Assembly (NCBI GenBank): GCA_963575745.1
Contig: CAUYUJ010000083.1
Coordinates: 62,001 to 118,616 of the forward strand
DNA: 56,616 nucleotides
Direction: 5' to 3'
From: Prorocentrum cordatum
Lineage: Eukaryota
Shown: positions 1 through 11,505 of the stretch, one piece after another
Position numbering within the stretch: position 1 is the stretch's first letter
Layout of the letters: every line of letters begins with the position of its first letter
Notes under the pieces: generated by a model
Told to the model about the DNA's origin: nothing
Seen by the model: the letters and a program-made list of their open reading frames with translations, nothing else
Database searches by the model: none
Program-made: the position numbers and the translations under genes

Positions 1-803
1 GCGGGACGCCAACCCTGGGGCCCGTGGGCCCCGCGCCGCTTGGGCAGAAGACGAACGCCAGGTCTGACAGGCCAGCTACCGCCCCCCTTTGCCCGATATG
101 CTGTGCCATTCTGTTCCCCCAGGGGCCTTGGCAAACTCTTCGGGCCAAGCAGACCGGACCCCTGGGACAGCAGCCAATTGATATGACCCTGGGACCTCTC
201 CGCATTCTTCGGACGAGCATCTGGGGGGCCCAGGAGATTCGGACATGTCTTCCCCATTCCTTGCCCTGTCCCGTTCTGTTCGCCCGAAGGCCTCCACAGA
301 CCCTCTGGGCGAACAGAATGGGACATGGCGAACAAACCCTCCCGTTGGCGGTGATGCGACTGGATCGCACCATCAAGGCGCGCCCGGAGGTGATGGCCGA
401 CCCAACAGCGGTTTCTCTTAAGAGTTCACTGGATTTCAAATTTTCTTGAAGCTCTCTTGGGCCCTCCCTGTAGATCCTTGCGAGCCTCCCCGGCGCTTTC
501 GGTGGCTTTCCCCGATGGCCTCCCGAGCCCTTCCCCGAGCGCTCCTGAGACGCCTCAGATGGGCTTCGACTTCGACGCACATCCCCGAGAGACTTCGAAA
601 CTGTCCTCAATAGGAGGGGGGTGAACGAGCAGTGCGCTGGGCCAAGCTGCTGCAGCGCTGCAAGAGCTCGGACACGAAGGCGCGGTCTCGCTGCCGCCGC
701 CCGAGCCGCCGCCGTGTTTGTAGATTTTCGGTACAATCTGCGCCGTTCCTCCGAGAACCATTCCAGAAAGATGTCGTGGACGGAGTCCACGGGTCAGCCC
801 TAG
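1..803 (+). mobile_element. 3' part of a Helitron-like insert (5' end outside the window)
   Basis: CGTGGAC-gga-GTCCACG hairpin at 775-791, 8-nt spacer, CTAG at 800-803, then T of the PPR block. Confidence 0.65.
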
Positions 804-908
804 TCAGCTACAACGCTGGGACCAGCGCGTGCGAGAAGGGCGAGCAGTGGCAGCGGGCTTTGGCGCTGCTCCGCGAGATGCGCGAGGAGAAGCTGGAGCC
901 CGACGCCA
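804..908 (+). CDS. PPR protein block 1 (one 35-aa repeat; gene start lies upstream of the window)
   Basis: Translates SYNAGTSACEKGEQWQRALALLREMREEKLEPDA; exactly 105 nt; preceded by CTAG at 800-803. Confidence 0.85.
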
Positions 909-969
909 TCACCCCCGTGGGGTCGAGGAGGAGGAGGAGGGCGAGGAGTGCGAGGGCGAGGGCGAGGGG

Positions 970-975
970 GACGAC

Positions 976-1054
<79 letters not shown>

Positions 1055-1184
1055 CTGGCGATGCTAATGATGCTGCTGATACTGATGATGCTGCTGATGA
1101 TGCTGTTGTGGCTAATGATGCTGATGATGCTGTTGATGATGATGCTGATGCTCCTGCTGCTGCTGATGATGATGAAATGACGAC

Positions 1185-1275
<91 letters not shown>

Positions 1276-1345
1276 TCGAGCATGATGATGATGCTGATGT
1301 TGCTGCTGCTGATGAGGATTATACTGTTGCTGTTGCTGTTGCTGA

Positions 1346-1397
<52 letters not shown>

Positions 1398-1398
1398 C

Positions 1399-1469
<71 letters not shown>

Positions 1470-1491
1470 CTGGTGCTGATGCTGATGCTGC

Positions 1492-1523
<32 letters not shown>

Positions 1524-1530
1524 GTGGTGG

Positions 1531-1565
<35 letters not shown>

Positions 1566-1610
1566 CTGCTGGTACTGATGATGATGATGCTGGTACTGAT
1601 GATGATGAGG
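970..1610. repeat. (GAT)n/(GCT)n microsatellite; similar tracts at 8428-8690, 26500-27650, 39330-40232, 43923-44021, 50862-51011, 52130-53340
   Basis: Direct reading. Confidence 0.95.
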
Positions 1611-1625
1611 AGGAGGCTGAGGAGG

Positions 1626-4130
1626 AGGACCAATGGTATCGTCGCGGATTGTTCTTTTGCGACCAGCCTCATAAGGGGGTTCGCCATGGATGCTTTCGAT
1701 CCCATCCCTAGCCCTGTTAATTGTGATTTCGACGTCTACATAGAGGACCTCAGCCTCAGTTGCACGGGACGGCCCCGAGTGGTTGCTGTCACCCTGATCT
1801 CTGGAACTAGGGCTCTGGAGAATGCGGTGTGCAATGTTCTCATGTGCCAGCTCGCCATGGACAGGATAGGCATGGCCTCCAGTTCGAAGGCTGTGGCTGA
1901 CCACTTGGTCTCGGAGCTGGGGCCCCTAGTAGGCGGTCGAGCTTGCGCTCGAGTCACCAACTTAGGTGTGGACTTCACTGCTGGGCGCGCCCTTCGTGCC
2001 CCAGGAGCTAAGCAATCCGCGAAGCTCAACCAACGGGCGGCGGCGGCCTGCAGGAAGGCGAAGCGTCTGAAGAAGCTCAGCAGCGACATTGGGCGTCGTG
2101 CCTTACGAGTTTTTGCTGCGGGACCGATGGCTGGGGCCGTCCACGGCTCTGATATTTTTGGAATTTCGGACAGAGAGCTCCTTGCCCGCAGGAGGATGGC
2201 CATGCTGTCGATTAAACCTCGGGCGCAAGGGCGCTCGCTTTCGGTTCTGTGTCTTCTTTAGGGGGATTCCACTCGGACGGCCAGCTGCGCTCGTATTATC
2301 AGGTGGGCTAAGGAGATCTGGATCCTGCGAGCCCGTGCCTTCCCGTGGTCTTTGAACTGGGCTGAAATTCGTGAGGGGTGGTCCGTTGTTTTCGCTTCTG
2401 ATGACCCTTCCTGTTTCAAGGTTTCCGGACCTGTTGCGGTGCTCAAGATGTCACTCTACAGGCTGGGCTGGAGTCTGCCCAACTCCTGTATTATTTTTGG
2501 GCGATTTTGGGCGTAAGATGTCCCTTGCTTTTTTTTTCTCCCCGAAGCTGGTCAAACATTTATAGTTTTTTTTTGTTATTCCCCCCCCCGGAGCCTTGAA
2601 CGTGATTCGGAGGACAAGTTCAAGGTTTACAAGAGGCTGTGCTGGGATGCTCAGAGGAAGCTCCTGGCCTCGAGGCAGATCTCGGGGAAAAAATGGGATG
2701 ATCCGCGCGATGGCCACGACGCCTGCTGGACAGCGGGCGACGCAGCCGACCTCGGCTACCCCATTTCAAGTCTGGGCAGTTTGTGTGGCGAGGCCAAGGA
2801 TTGCCTTTTCCGCAGGCTGTACGACTGCCCGTGTGTCCAGTACGAGCGAGCTGATATTCGTCCCGACTGTGTGCAACGAGCGGCGAATGAAGGAGATTGG
2901 TCAGACCCCGAACATCGTGCCCTCTTTCTGGTTTACGCGCCGCTTCTGGTCACGGACGGAGAAGTTAGGCTGTCCTGGCATGTTGAAAACCTGCCTGATC
3001 CAGCTGACTCCTCTCTCCCTCACAGTGTTCCTCCAGGAAGTGGGTTCTGGGGGCACCTGTTTCTGGACGGCTCGTGCTCGGGGCACACCGTTCGCGTCGT
3101 GGGTTCCTCCAAGCGTGAGCGCCTCGGGACAAAGGACCTCTGTGGGCTCCTTGGCCTCAGACGCCTCAAGGAGCTGAGTTCGTGGCGTTCGCCTGGACCT
3201 GGGCCAATGCTGAAGGGCCTTCGCACTGTTACTCAGACTGTGCCAATGTTGTGCTGCTTCAAAGTTTGTGTGCTCTGCCGAGGCCTTGGGCCCGAAGAGA
3301 CAATGTGTTGGCCTGGTGCTGCAGGCTAGGAACTTGTTTGGCAAGGATTGTGTGTCTTTCAACAAGGTAGCGGCACACAAAGATGTCGATGAAGAAGGAG
3401 TGAGTGCGGAGGAGAGGTTTCTTCGTATGGGCAATTTCTTCGCCGGCATCGCAGCAAAAGAGGCTGTGAATATCCATGCAGCAGGAGGATTTGAAGCGCA
3501 CTTTGGCTCTATCCCGCCATGTCCTGCTGGCGGGAGCTCAGCTGTTGCCTCTTTGGCCGAAGGTTGAGTTTCGAGGGCTGGTGAGAGAGCGAGGTCCGCC
3601 TCCTCCAGCTCGTGACATGATTTTTTAAAACACGATTGGGAGCGAATTGGGTCCGTCTGGAGGTGCCGTGTGTGCCTGAAAGGGCTCCAGGAGTTCGTCC
3701 CAGCCGTCAGGGACTGAATGTTCGGGCCGCTGTAAGCTCGACCAGGGGCCTCTCATGAGGTTGGGCCATCCAGTGCTGGCGTTCCCATGCTCTGACAACT
3801 CCCACTTGTTCCTTTGCATGTCTTGCGAATTGTACAGCTCAGGTGGACAGGTGATTGGCCTAGGCTGTAAATGCGGCTCGCCCACGGAGACTGGCGTGAA
3901 GAACGTGCGCAATCTTCGCAAAGGCCGACGCCCTGATAAGAAGGGTCTCGCAGTTGTCATTGAGGAATTCATCTTTCTGCCGTGGCTGTTCAGTTCGAGC
4001 CTGCCCGTGCCCCAAGATTGAGTTTTGCTGTGGCTGGGCGGTTGCGATGAGTTCTTTGCTGTTGCAGTTTCGCCTCGTGACCATCGCAAAAGCCCTGAAA
4101 AAGGGGCCTGGGCGTTGCTGCCAAAAAAAA
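1626..4130 (+). mobile_element. 5'-truncated, decayed LINE-like retrotransposon (RT C-terminal half, Cys motif, RNase H, C-terminal Cys motif)
   Basis: GIVADCSFATSL, DVYIEDL and NLGVD RT-like motifs; CGEAKDCLFRRLYDCPC; HLFLDGS, KVAAH and GNFFAGIAAK RNase H-like motifs; CMSCELYS..C; A8 tail at 4123-4130; many frameshifts. Confidence 0.75.
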
Positions 4131-4368
4131 GACGCGAAGGAGAAGGAGGATGATGATGAAGAGGATGAGGAGGATGAGGAGAGTGAGAAGCAGGAGGATG
4201 AGGAGGAGGCGGAGGAGGAGGAGGTGGAGAAGGAGGAGTGCGAGGGCGAGGAGGTGGACGAGGAGGAGGAGGAGGACCCATGTAAACCAAGACTCATCAA
4301 CGATGTTGTGATATACCCGTCCTCCACGCTCATTCTTCATAGGCCCCATACAGGAGATCATTTCCACT

Positions 4369-5105
4369 GAGGGAAATGCCCTGTTGGGAGACAACCGTTT
4401 GAAGATCCTGAAGCGTGCCAAAACACCATTTTCATGACTTCAACGCCACGAGTCAACCAGACTGTTGCGTCTTGTCGATCCTGAATCGCGCCAGAACGCC
4501 ACTCTTGGGGCTTCAACTGCGAATCAACGTAACTGGGGCGCCTTGACAATCCTGAATCGTTCCAAATCACCATCTGTGGAACGCTGACCATGAAACCAGT
4601 AAAACTATTGCAAGTTTACAAACGAATGTGCGCGGTATTAAGGCGAGAGCCACATTTTGAAAAGGAACTGCCCTCAGTCTGTGAAGCTCCTGCAATTTTT
4701 TGGAACGAAAGTGCGCGGCGCTGAGGCGAATGTCACATTTTGAAAACGACCTGCCCTCAATCCGTGAAGCTCTTGCACATTTGAAGTCGAATGTGCGCGG
4801 CGCTAAGGCGAGTGCCACATTTTGAAAACGAGCCGCCCTCAGTCCGTGAAGCTATTACGATATTTTGAAACGAATGTGCGCGGCGCTCAGGCGAAAACCA
4901 TCTTTTGAAAACCACTCGTCCTCAATCCATGAAGCTCTTGCACAATCTGCGCGGCGCTGAGGCGAGAGCCACATTTTGGAAGCGACCCGCCCTCATCTGT
5001 GAAATTGTTACCAGTTTTCAAGCCTTGAGGCTCACCAACGGTGGCGAAGTCTCAGGCGAAACGCCCGGCCCGCCTTTCCGACCGGCCTCGGGATGCGACA
5101 GGGAA
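4369..5105 (+). repeat. Dispersed repeat family X, copy 1, with ~83-bp internal tandem units
   Basis: GTGCGCGG unit at 4628, 4711, 4793, 4876 and a shorter-spaced unit near 4948; collinear with 27659-28283. Confidence 0.75.
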
Positions 5106-8100
5106 GGGTTATCCATAAGGACAAGGAGGAGGAGGAGGAGGAGGAGGAGGAGGAGGAGGAGGAGGAGGAGGAGGAGGAGGAAGAGGAGGAAGGCGAAGAG
5201 AGCCCGACGCCACTTCTTCCGTGCAGTGCCGGGACCACCCGCAGGAGGCGCAGGGCCTCCCAACGGGGCGTCCCCAGTTGGCTCTCGGGCCCGAAACTTT
5301 CCGCGCGTTTCTGTCGGCGGCGAGAAATCCGAACCCTCGGAGGAGGAGAAGGTAAACATAGCGCTACTCTTGCCTCGTTTTTCCCCTCTTTGGGCCTCCT
5401 GGCAGACTCTCGTCGCCTCCGCTGCATTCGCTTCGACATTCTGGACAGAGCGCACCCCAAGAGAGGTGCGGGAAGTATCGGTCGGTAGTGGAACCTTTTG
5501 GTTTCCCCAAGCCCTGCCCTCGCCGGTCAAAGATTCAGGCAACTTGATGGGCGGCGGGGGTGGGGCCTTCGCCGATCGTTGAAGATGAAAACGCTGCATA
5601 AGCACAAACTTTCGACGGTCCGCGCGGATTTTTAGGATCGACGGTGGACCCCCTCTCCCTGGCGGCGCCTCCAGCGCCTTCCCTGGAGCGCTCCGCGCGC
5701 CATGGAGGGGGGTCCAGCGCCAATCCGAGAGATCCGCGCGGACCTCCGACAGGTTATTTGATGTTTGTTCACATTTTTTCTTCTCCTCTGGATCCACGGC
5801 TCAGGCAGTCCGATGGGCGCGGGGGATAGGGCTCGGAGTTCGCCGAACACAGCAATCCGAGCCCTAACCCCCTTCTCTCATGGATGCGAGGGGAAAAGCG
5901 GGAGCAAAAGGACCCCCCTGCCTTCCGCTTTTTCAGGGTGGCCACCTCCTTGCCCAGCGCCTGCAGCTCCCCCCGTTGCCTGCCTTGCTCCTGGCTTGGC
6001 GCCGGCGGGGTTGGCGGGTTGGCCAGGAAGTTCTTGCCCAGACGAGCTCGCATCATAGACAACTTACGACGGACAGATGTTGGCCCTTTTCGGCCCCTGG
6101 GCTCTCGCCAGGCCCCAGGATTGTAAAAAAAGAGAGTCAGGATGACAAATCGACCCTGGGGAAAGGGTCGGGGGGTGGGGTTCGGATGCAGGAGGAGGAG
6201 GAGGAGGAGGAAGAGGAGGAGGAGAAAGGAGGAGGAGGAGGAGTAGGAGGTGGAGGAGGAGGAGGAGGAGGATGTGGAGGAGGAGGGGGAGGAGGAGGAG
6301 GAGGAGGAGGAGGAGGAGGAGAGGAGGAGGGGGAGGAGGGGGAGGAGGAGGAGGAGGAGGGAGGAGGAGAGGAGGAGGAGGAGGGATCGCTGGTTCGTGG
6401 GGGTGGGGTTCGGATGTCGCCGCTCTTTCGGGCAGCTCCTGCCCGGGCGGACTTCGGAGCCCGGCCGCGGTGGACTCTCTCCTGGCGCGGGGAGGCGGGG
6501 GCGGGGGGGGGGCGACAGGGGGACGCCAACCGTCGACCTGCAACAAGGAACGAAACGGCCCCCTCCTCCTCCTCCTCCTTCTCCTCCTCCTCCTCCTCCT
6601 CCTCCTCCTCCAAATCTTCCTCCCTCCACTTTCGGCACGAAGTGCATCCAGTGTACTACTGCGGCGCCTGCCGCCGCGAGGATACCGTCGGGGTGGGGTT
6701 CGGATGCCCTCCGGCCGGACTCCGGAGCCTAGGCGCGAGGGCCCGGCCAGGGGCCGCCCCCCAGCACGCACCGCCAGGCTTGCCCCGGGGCTCCAGGGGA
6801 GGCGCCGAGGTCCGAGGAGACTTCGTGCGGAGACTTCGGTCCGAGGAGACTTCGCGCCGCATCGCCGATGCATCGGCGATGTGTCGGCGATGCGGCTCGA
6901 TGTGGAGCCCGATTTTCCCCGCGCCGACGTCGCGGATGCGTCGCCGACGTCGCCGATGCATCGCCGACAGTTAGGCGATGCATTGGCGATGCGGCGCGAT
7001 CCTTCGTCCTCGTCTACTCGGACCCCATCTAGGAGGCCCCTGATCATTCAGGCGATCGCAAACATGGATTACGGGGGCGTGGATTTGCGACGGGTCCCGT
7101 TTCCATGGGAAGTCGCGGATTCTCGGCGGGGACCCTCCAGACGGCTCATGCGGGCTCCAAGGTACCAGCAGAAAAACCTTTGGCCCCCCAAGCGCCCCCC
7201 TGTAGGCCTGTGTGATTTCTTAATGTATCCAGTGATTTTGGTATGCCCGCTCTTCCAGGTCCTAGGGCGCCCCAGGCGGCCCTAGATGCCCGCGAGAAAG
7301 TTTCAGAAGGCCTCTCTTCGGGGCCTTCATGGCCTTGACTTGGGGCCCCGCGTGCCTTTCCGAGAGCGCCAGCGAAGCCCTGTTTGTGTTCCAAAAAGAA
7401 GCCAAACGATGACCCCAAAGAGCCACAGCAGCAAGCCGCAGCCACAAGTTGTAACAGTACGCTGCTGGCAGCAAGCACTGGTGGTCAGCACACAGCAGAG
7501 AGAAACAATGCGCAGCTCACGGTAATCAGCAGCTGCGGAGAGCGAAGCTCGAGCCCCGCGTCGTCGTTTCAGCCTTTGGGCACCACGTCCGTCGCATTTC
7601 AGTTCGTGCAGAGCTCGTTGGCGTAAACCAGGTGGGGCCCTGCTGGTCTCGGGGGCCCTGGAGGAGGGGTAGGAGGAGGAGGAGGGGGAGGAGGAGGAGG
7701 AGGAGGAGGAGGAGGAGGAGGAGGAGGAGGAGGAGGAGAGGAGGGGAGGGATGAGGAGGAGGAGGAGGAGGAGGGAGGAGGAGGAGGAGGGAGGAGGAGG
7801 AGCCAACCTGTCCATGCCAACCCGTGCCCCCTGGCCGCCAGGATGATCAGCAGCTGGTTCTGGACGACCCCGCTCCGATGAGCGCCCGGAAGGCACCAGA
7901 GAACCCGAAGCCAGCCTCCGAATGCTCCAAGACGGCTCCCAGACACGCCAGGAGGCCTCCTACGACGGCCCAAGAGGACCCCGATACTGGCCCCACGAGG
8001 CCCAGATCGCGTGCCTTCCCTGAGGTTTTCAAGGATTTTCTGGTTCTCCCCACTCAGCATCAAGAACGATTCAGAACGGCTCCTACACCGCGCCAGCATT

Positions 8101-8478
8101 GCCCAAGAGACTTAGAGGAGAGGCTTTCGACAGCCCAAAAGGGCCCCCATATGTCCCCAGAGCGCCCGAAGACACCAAAAGAGCCCCAAGCTCCCGCCAA
8201 GAAGGCCCAAACAGAGTCCCCACAGAGACCTTCAGAGGTTCGAGGACGCCCCAGGACGGCACCAAGGCGATTCTACAATAATCGTCCCAGGCTGTCCCCA
8301 GAAGAGGCTCTGGGGGACAGCCCTGGAACAGCCCCATAGGCGCTTTTACACACTGCAAGAGGCTTTCAAACGCCCCAGACAGGCTTGTAGGAGGACCCAG
8401 CATGCCCCCGACTCGGCCCCAGAGGCACGATGATGATGATGCTGCTGATGATGCTGATGCTGATGCTGATGCTGATGC

Positions 8479-8528
<50 letters not shown>

Positions 8529-8879
8529 CTGATGATGATGATGATGATGCTGATGATGCTGATGCTGATGCTGATGATGATGATGATGATGATGCTGATG
8601 ATGATGATGATGCTGCTGATGATGATGATGATGATGCTGATGATGATGATGCTGATGATGATGATGATGATGCTGATGATGATGATGATGCCCCAAATGT
8701 CCCTGCGGAGTGGCCCCTGCGGCCCCGAATGCCGGGGAGGCGATGCAGGAGACCACGGGCAGAGCGAGCGCCCCGGCAAGAACGCCAAGGCGGAGGCTCC
8801 CGGTGCCCGGTCATGGCCGAGGGCCGGGGCGCCCCGCTCACAGCCCCAGCGCGCGAGCCCTGGGGTCGAGTCGGTCGAC

Positions 8880-9061
8880 CACACGTAGGAGTGACCCTTC
8901 GCCGGAGTGGCTTTTGGTGCGGGCTCATTGGGGGTTCCCCCGCGATCGCTGAGCGCCATGCGACAGTGGCTGTTTGCGTGCTTGGATTTGGCCACCTTGC
9001 GCCCACTTCGTCCGCGCACTAAAGGTCACTCTTGCCTAGGGTCACTCTTGCGTGTAGCCGA
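8880..9061. repeat. Dispersed repeat family Y, copy 1
   Basis: AAGGTCACTCTTGCCTAGGGTCA and ~140 bp of upstream similarity shared with 37845-38030. Confidence 0.65.
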
Positions 9062-9262
9062 GTCGGACGTGTCGCTCTGCAGGAGGAATATTCCAAAGAG
9101 TAGTCCAGAAGTAGTCTGGGGACGATCTTTCGATGATTCTTTGTCTTTTTAATATATTTAAACATGTGTGTAGTTTTCTCCCAAAATTCGCCTGTAGGAG
9201 GACATGCCCGACCTAATCCTAGGTTCGGCACATCGTGGATTTGATCCGCGGGCTCGCACTAG

Positions 9263-9472
9263 TCAGCTACAACGCTGGGGTCAGCGCGTGTGAGAAGGGC
9301 AAGCAATGGCAGCTGGCCCTGTCGCTGTTGAGCGAGATGTGGGAGGTGAAAATCGAGCCTGACGTCAAGAGCTACAGCGCTGGGATCAGCGCGTGCGAGA
9401 AAGGCGAGCAGTGGCAGCAGGCTTTGGCGCTTTTGAGGGACATGTGGGAGTCGAACATAGACCCTGACGTTT
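9263..9472 (+). CDS. PPR protein block 2 (two repeats)
   Basis: SYNAGVSACEKGKQWQLALSLLSEMWEVKIEPDVKSYSAGISACEKGEQWQQALALLRDMWESNIDPDV; 210 nt. Confidence 0.85.
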
Positions 9473-11400
9473 TCTACTACGATTCTGGTCCTTGCGTGTG
9501 CGAAAAGTGCCAGAAGGTAGCGAGCTGCCCCCGAGCGCCTGGAGCGCTCCGCCGCTCTCCGACAGCTCCCGAGGGCCCCCAGGTGGCTCCAACACGGCCT
9601 CAGGCAGCCCGAATGTTGCTCCGAGACGCTCTGGAGGGCGCGGGGACGTCCCAAGAGAGCCCGAACGGAGCTCCATGACAGCACGGGACGACCCGCCGAC
9701 GGGCCTCCGAGGTCAGCCCTTCCGGACCCCGACGACCGTCCCCAGAGGCTGAAATCATTGATTCTCTTGAAGTTTTCGCAGGTTTTCCGTGTTCTCGCCA
9801 TTTGGGGCCCTTGACGGCAGCCGGTCCAGGAGGCCCCGCCCCGCCACCCGGGGCAGCCCCACGAGTGCCGTAGGAGCTGCCCAACAGGCACCAAAGCGAG
9901 CTCCAAGACGGCCTCAGACCCCCAACATGGCCCCAGAACGGTCCAAGAGGACCCCGATGACGGCCCTACGAGGCGAAAAAAAGAAGCCCAAACCATTCAT
10001 TTCCAACGGTTTTGCACGTTCCTTCCGTGACGGGCCCAGAACGGCCCCACACGGCTCCAGGTCCCAGATGGCCCAAGAGGCCCTCACGAGCTCACGAAGA
10101 CGGCCATCGAGGGCCCCATACGGCCCAGAACAGGCCCCGGAGAGCCTCACAGAGCTTCAGGCTGCCCCCCCGAGACGCCCCAGGAGCTGCCCAGGAAGGC
10201 CCAAACTTCCCAGACGGCCCCAGACCCCCGTCATGGCCCGAGGATGGTCCAAGGGGCCCCCAGTACGGCCCAAGAGGGCCCACGAGGACTCCGAAGACGG
10301 GCCCAGGAGACCAGAAATCAAGCAAAAACCGTTAGTTTTCCAATGTTTCCTACGCTCCCGCCATGACGGGCCCAGAACGGACCCACGCAGTTTCAGGCAT
10401 TTCCGAGATCGCCCCACGATGGCCCAAGGGGCCCCGACGAGCGCAACAAGACGGCCCTCTGGTGACGTTCGCGGGCGCGGACGGCCCTTTTCGGAGAGAC
10501 CCACGAGCTCCTTTTGGGCTTCCTCATCGTCTCCAGAGAGGCTGACGACGACCCATGACGGACGCTACACCGGACCCCTTTGCTGTAGCATCCTTCGTGC
10601 GGAGCCCCTGTTGTCTCCGTCTTGGGCCTCTTCGGGCCTCGGCTTCCTCCTCTGGGCGCCTGCACCCCCGCCCTCTCTGGTACTGCTCTCCTCCTCCTCC
10701 TCCTCCTCCTCCTCCTCCTCCTCCTCCTCCTCCTGCAAGAGAATGCAGCGAGACCTGGACTACGGGCTTCCCGCAGCCGTCGATGCCGCGAGGACCCTCC
10801 AGGGACCACTCCGAGATGACCCAGACCCTCCCGAGACACTCGCGGGCAGCCTCCAGCTCTGGGGCCCGGAGCCTGCGCAGCAAGCCCCGGAGCCTGTCGG
10901 TCCCGAGCGCGCACGTGTTGCCTGCGATCGGCGACACGTGTGCGTTCGGGACCGACGCCTGGACCTGCCAGCCGTGCAGGGCTCGTTTCGATTCCCCCGA
11001 TTCGATTCGATTCGATTTCGATGGAGTCCGATTCCGATTCGATTCGACTTGGGATTCCGATTTGGGTCACGATTTCTCACTGGACGCATACAAGCTTGCA
11101 GATTTCCGCCGATTCGACTCTTTTCCGACTCGGCTGCCGATTTCCGCCGATCCGATTTATGCCGATCGCCGATGCGACTTACGTATCGATTCGATTCTTG
11201 GCTCTCCTGGCCGTGGATTTTCCATTTCACACTGGTCAATCGCACAAAACGTTAGATATGGCCGACGTCATCGTCATTCGTCCACACTCGATGAGTAACG
11301 CGACCAGAATATCTGCTTCCTTTTGTGTCGCAGGCACGTCCTACAAGCATTGCCCCCCTCAACGTCGATAGCGGTGATCACACCCACAGGTACACGCTAG
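9473..11400 (+). mobile_element. Helitron-like insert 2 (1928 bp)
   Basis: T|TC start; degenerate hairpin, then CCACA-GGTACACG-CTAG|T end. Confidence 0.6.
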
Positions 11401-11505
11401 TCAGCTACAGCGCCGGGATCAGCGCGTGCGAGAAGGGTGGGCAGTGGCAACGGGCATCTGCGCTGCTCAGCGATATGTGGGATGTCAAGGTCGAACCTAA
11501 TGTCA
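11401..11505 (+). CDS. PPR protein block 3 (one repeat)
   Basis: SYSAGISACEKGGQWQRASALLSDMWDVKVEPNV; 105 nt. Confidence 0.85.

Larger units (their letters stand above)
909..9262 (+). mobile_element. Helitron-like insert/intervening sequence 1 (8354 bp, with nested repeats)
   Basis: A|TC start; CGTGGAT-ttg-ATCCGCG at 9234-9250 + 8 nt + CTAG|T end; no short target-site duplication. Confidence 0.65.

Noticed and set aside
1..450. ORF 24..449 and open minus-strand frames
   Set aside because: No recognisable motif; cannot be assigned from sequence alone.
829..1904. Long poly-Met/Asp/His/Ile/Ser ORFs here, and poly-Glu/Gly/Arg/Pro/Thr/Leu ORFs throughout
   Set aside because: They are translations of GAT, GGA and ACT microsatellites that are open in several frames at once.
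4620..5010. Regularly spaced repeats resembling a CRISPR array (also 43505-43730)
   Set aside because: The spacers are homologous to each other (tandem units), there are no cas genes, and the context is eukaryotic.
9789..11255. 488-aa ORF, and 377-aa ORF 17987..19120
   Set aside because: Built mostly from CCCAAGA-type periodic repeats; open because of GC-richness.
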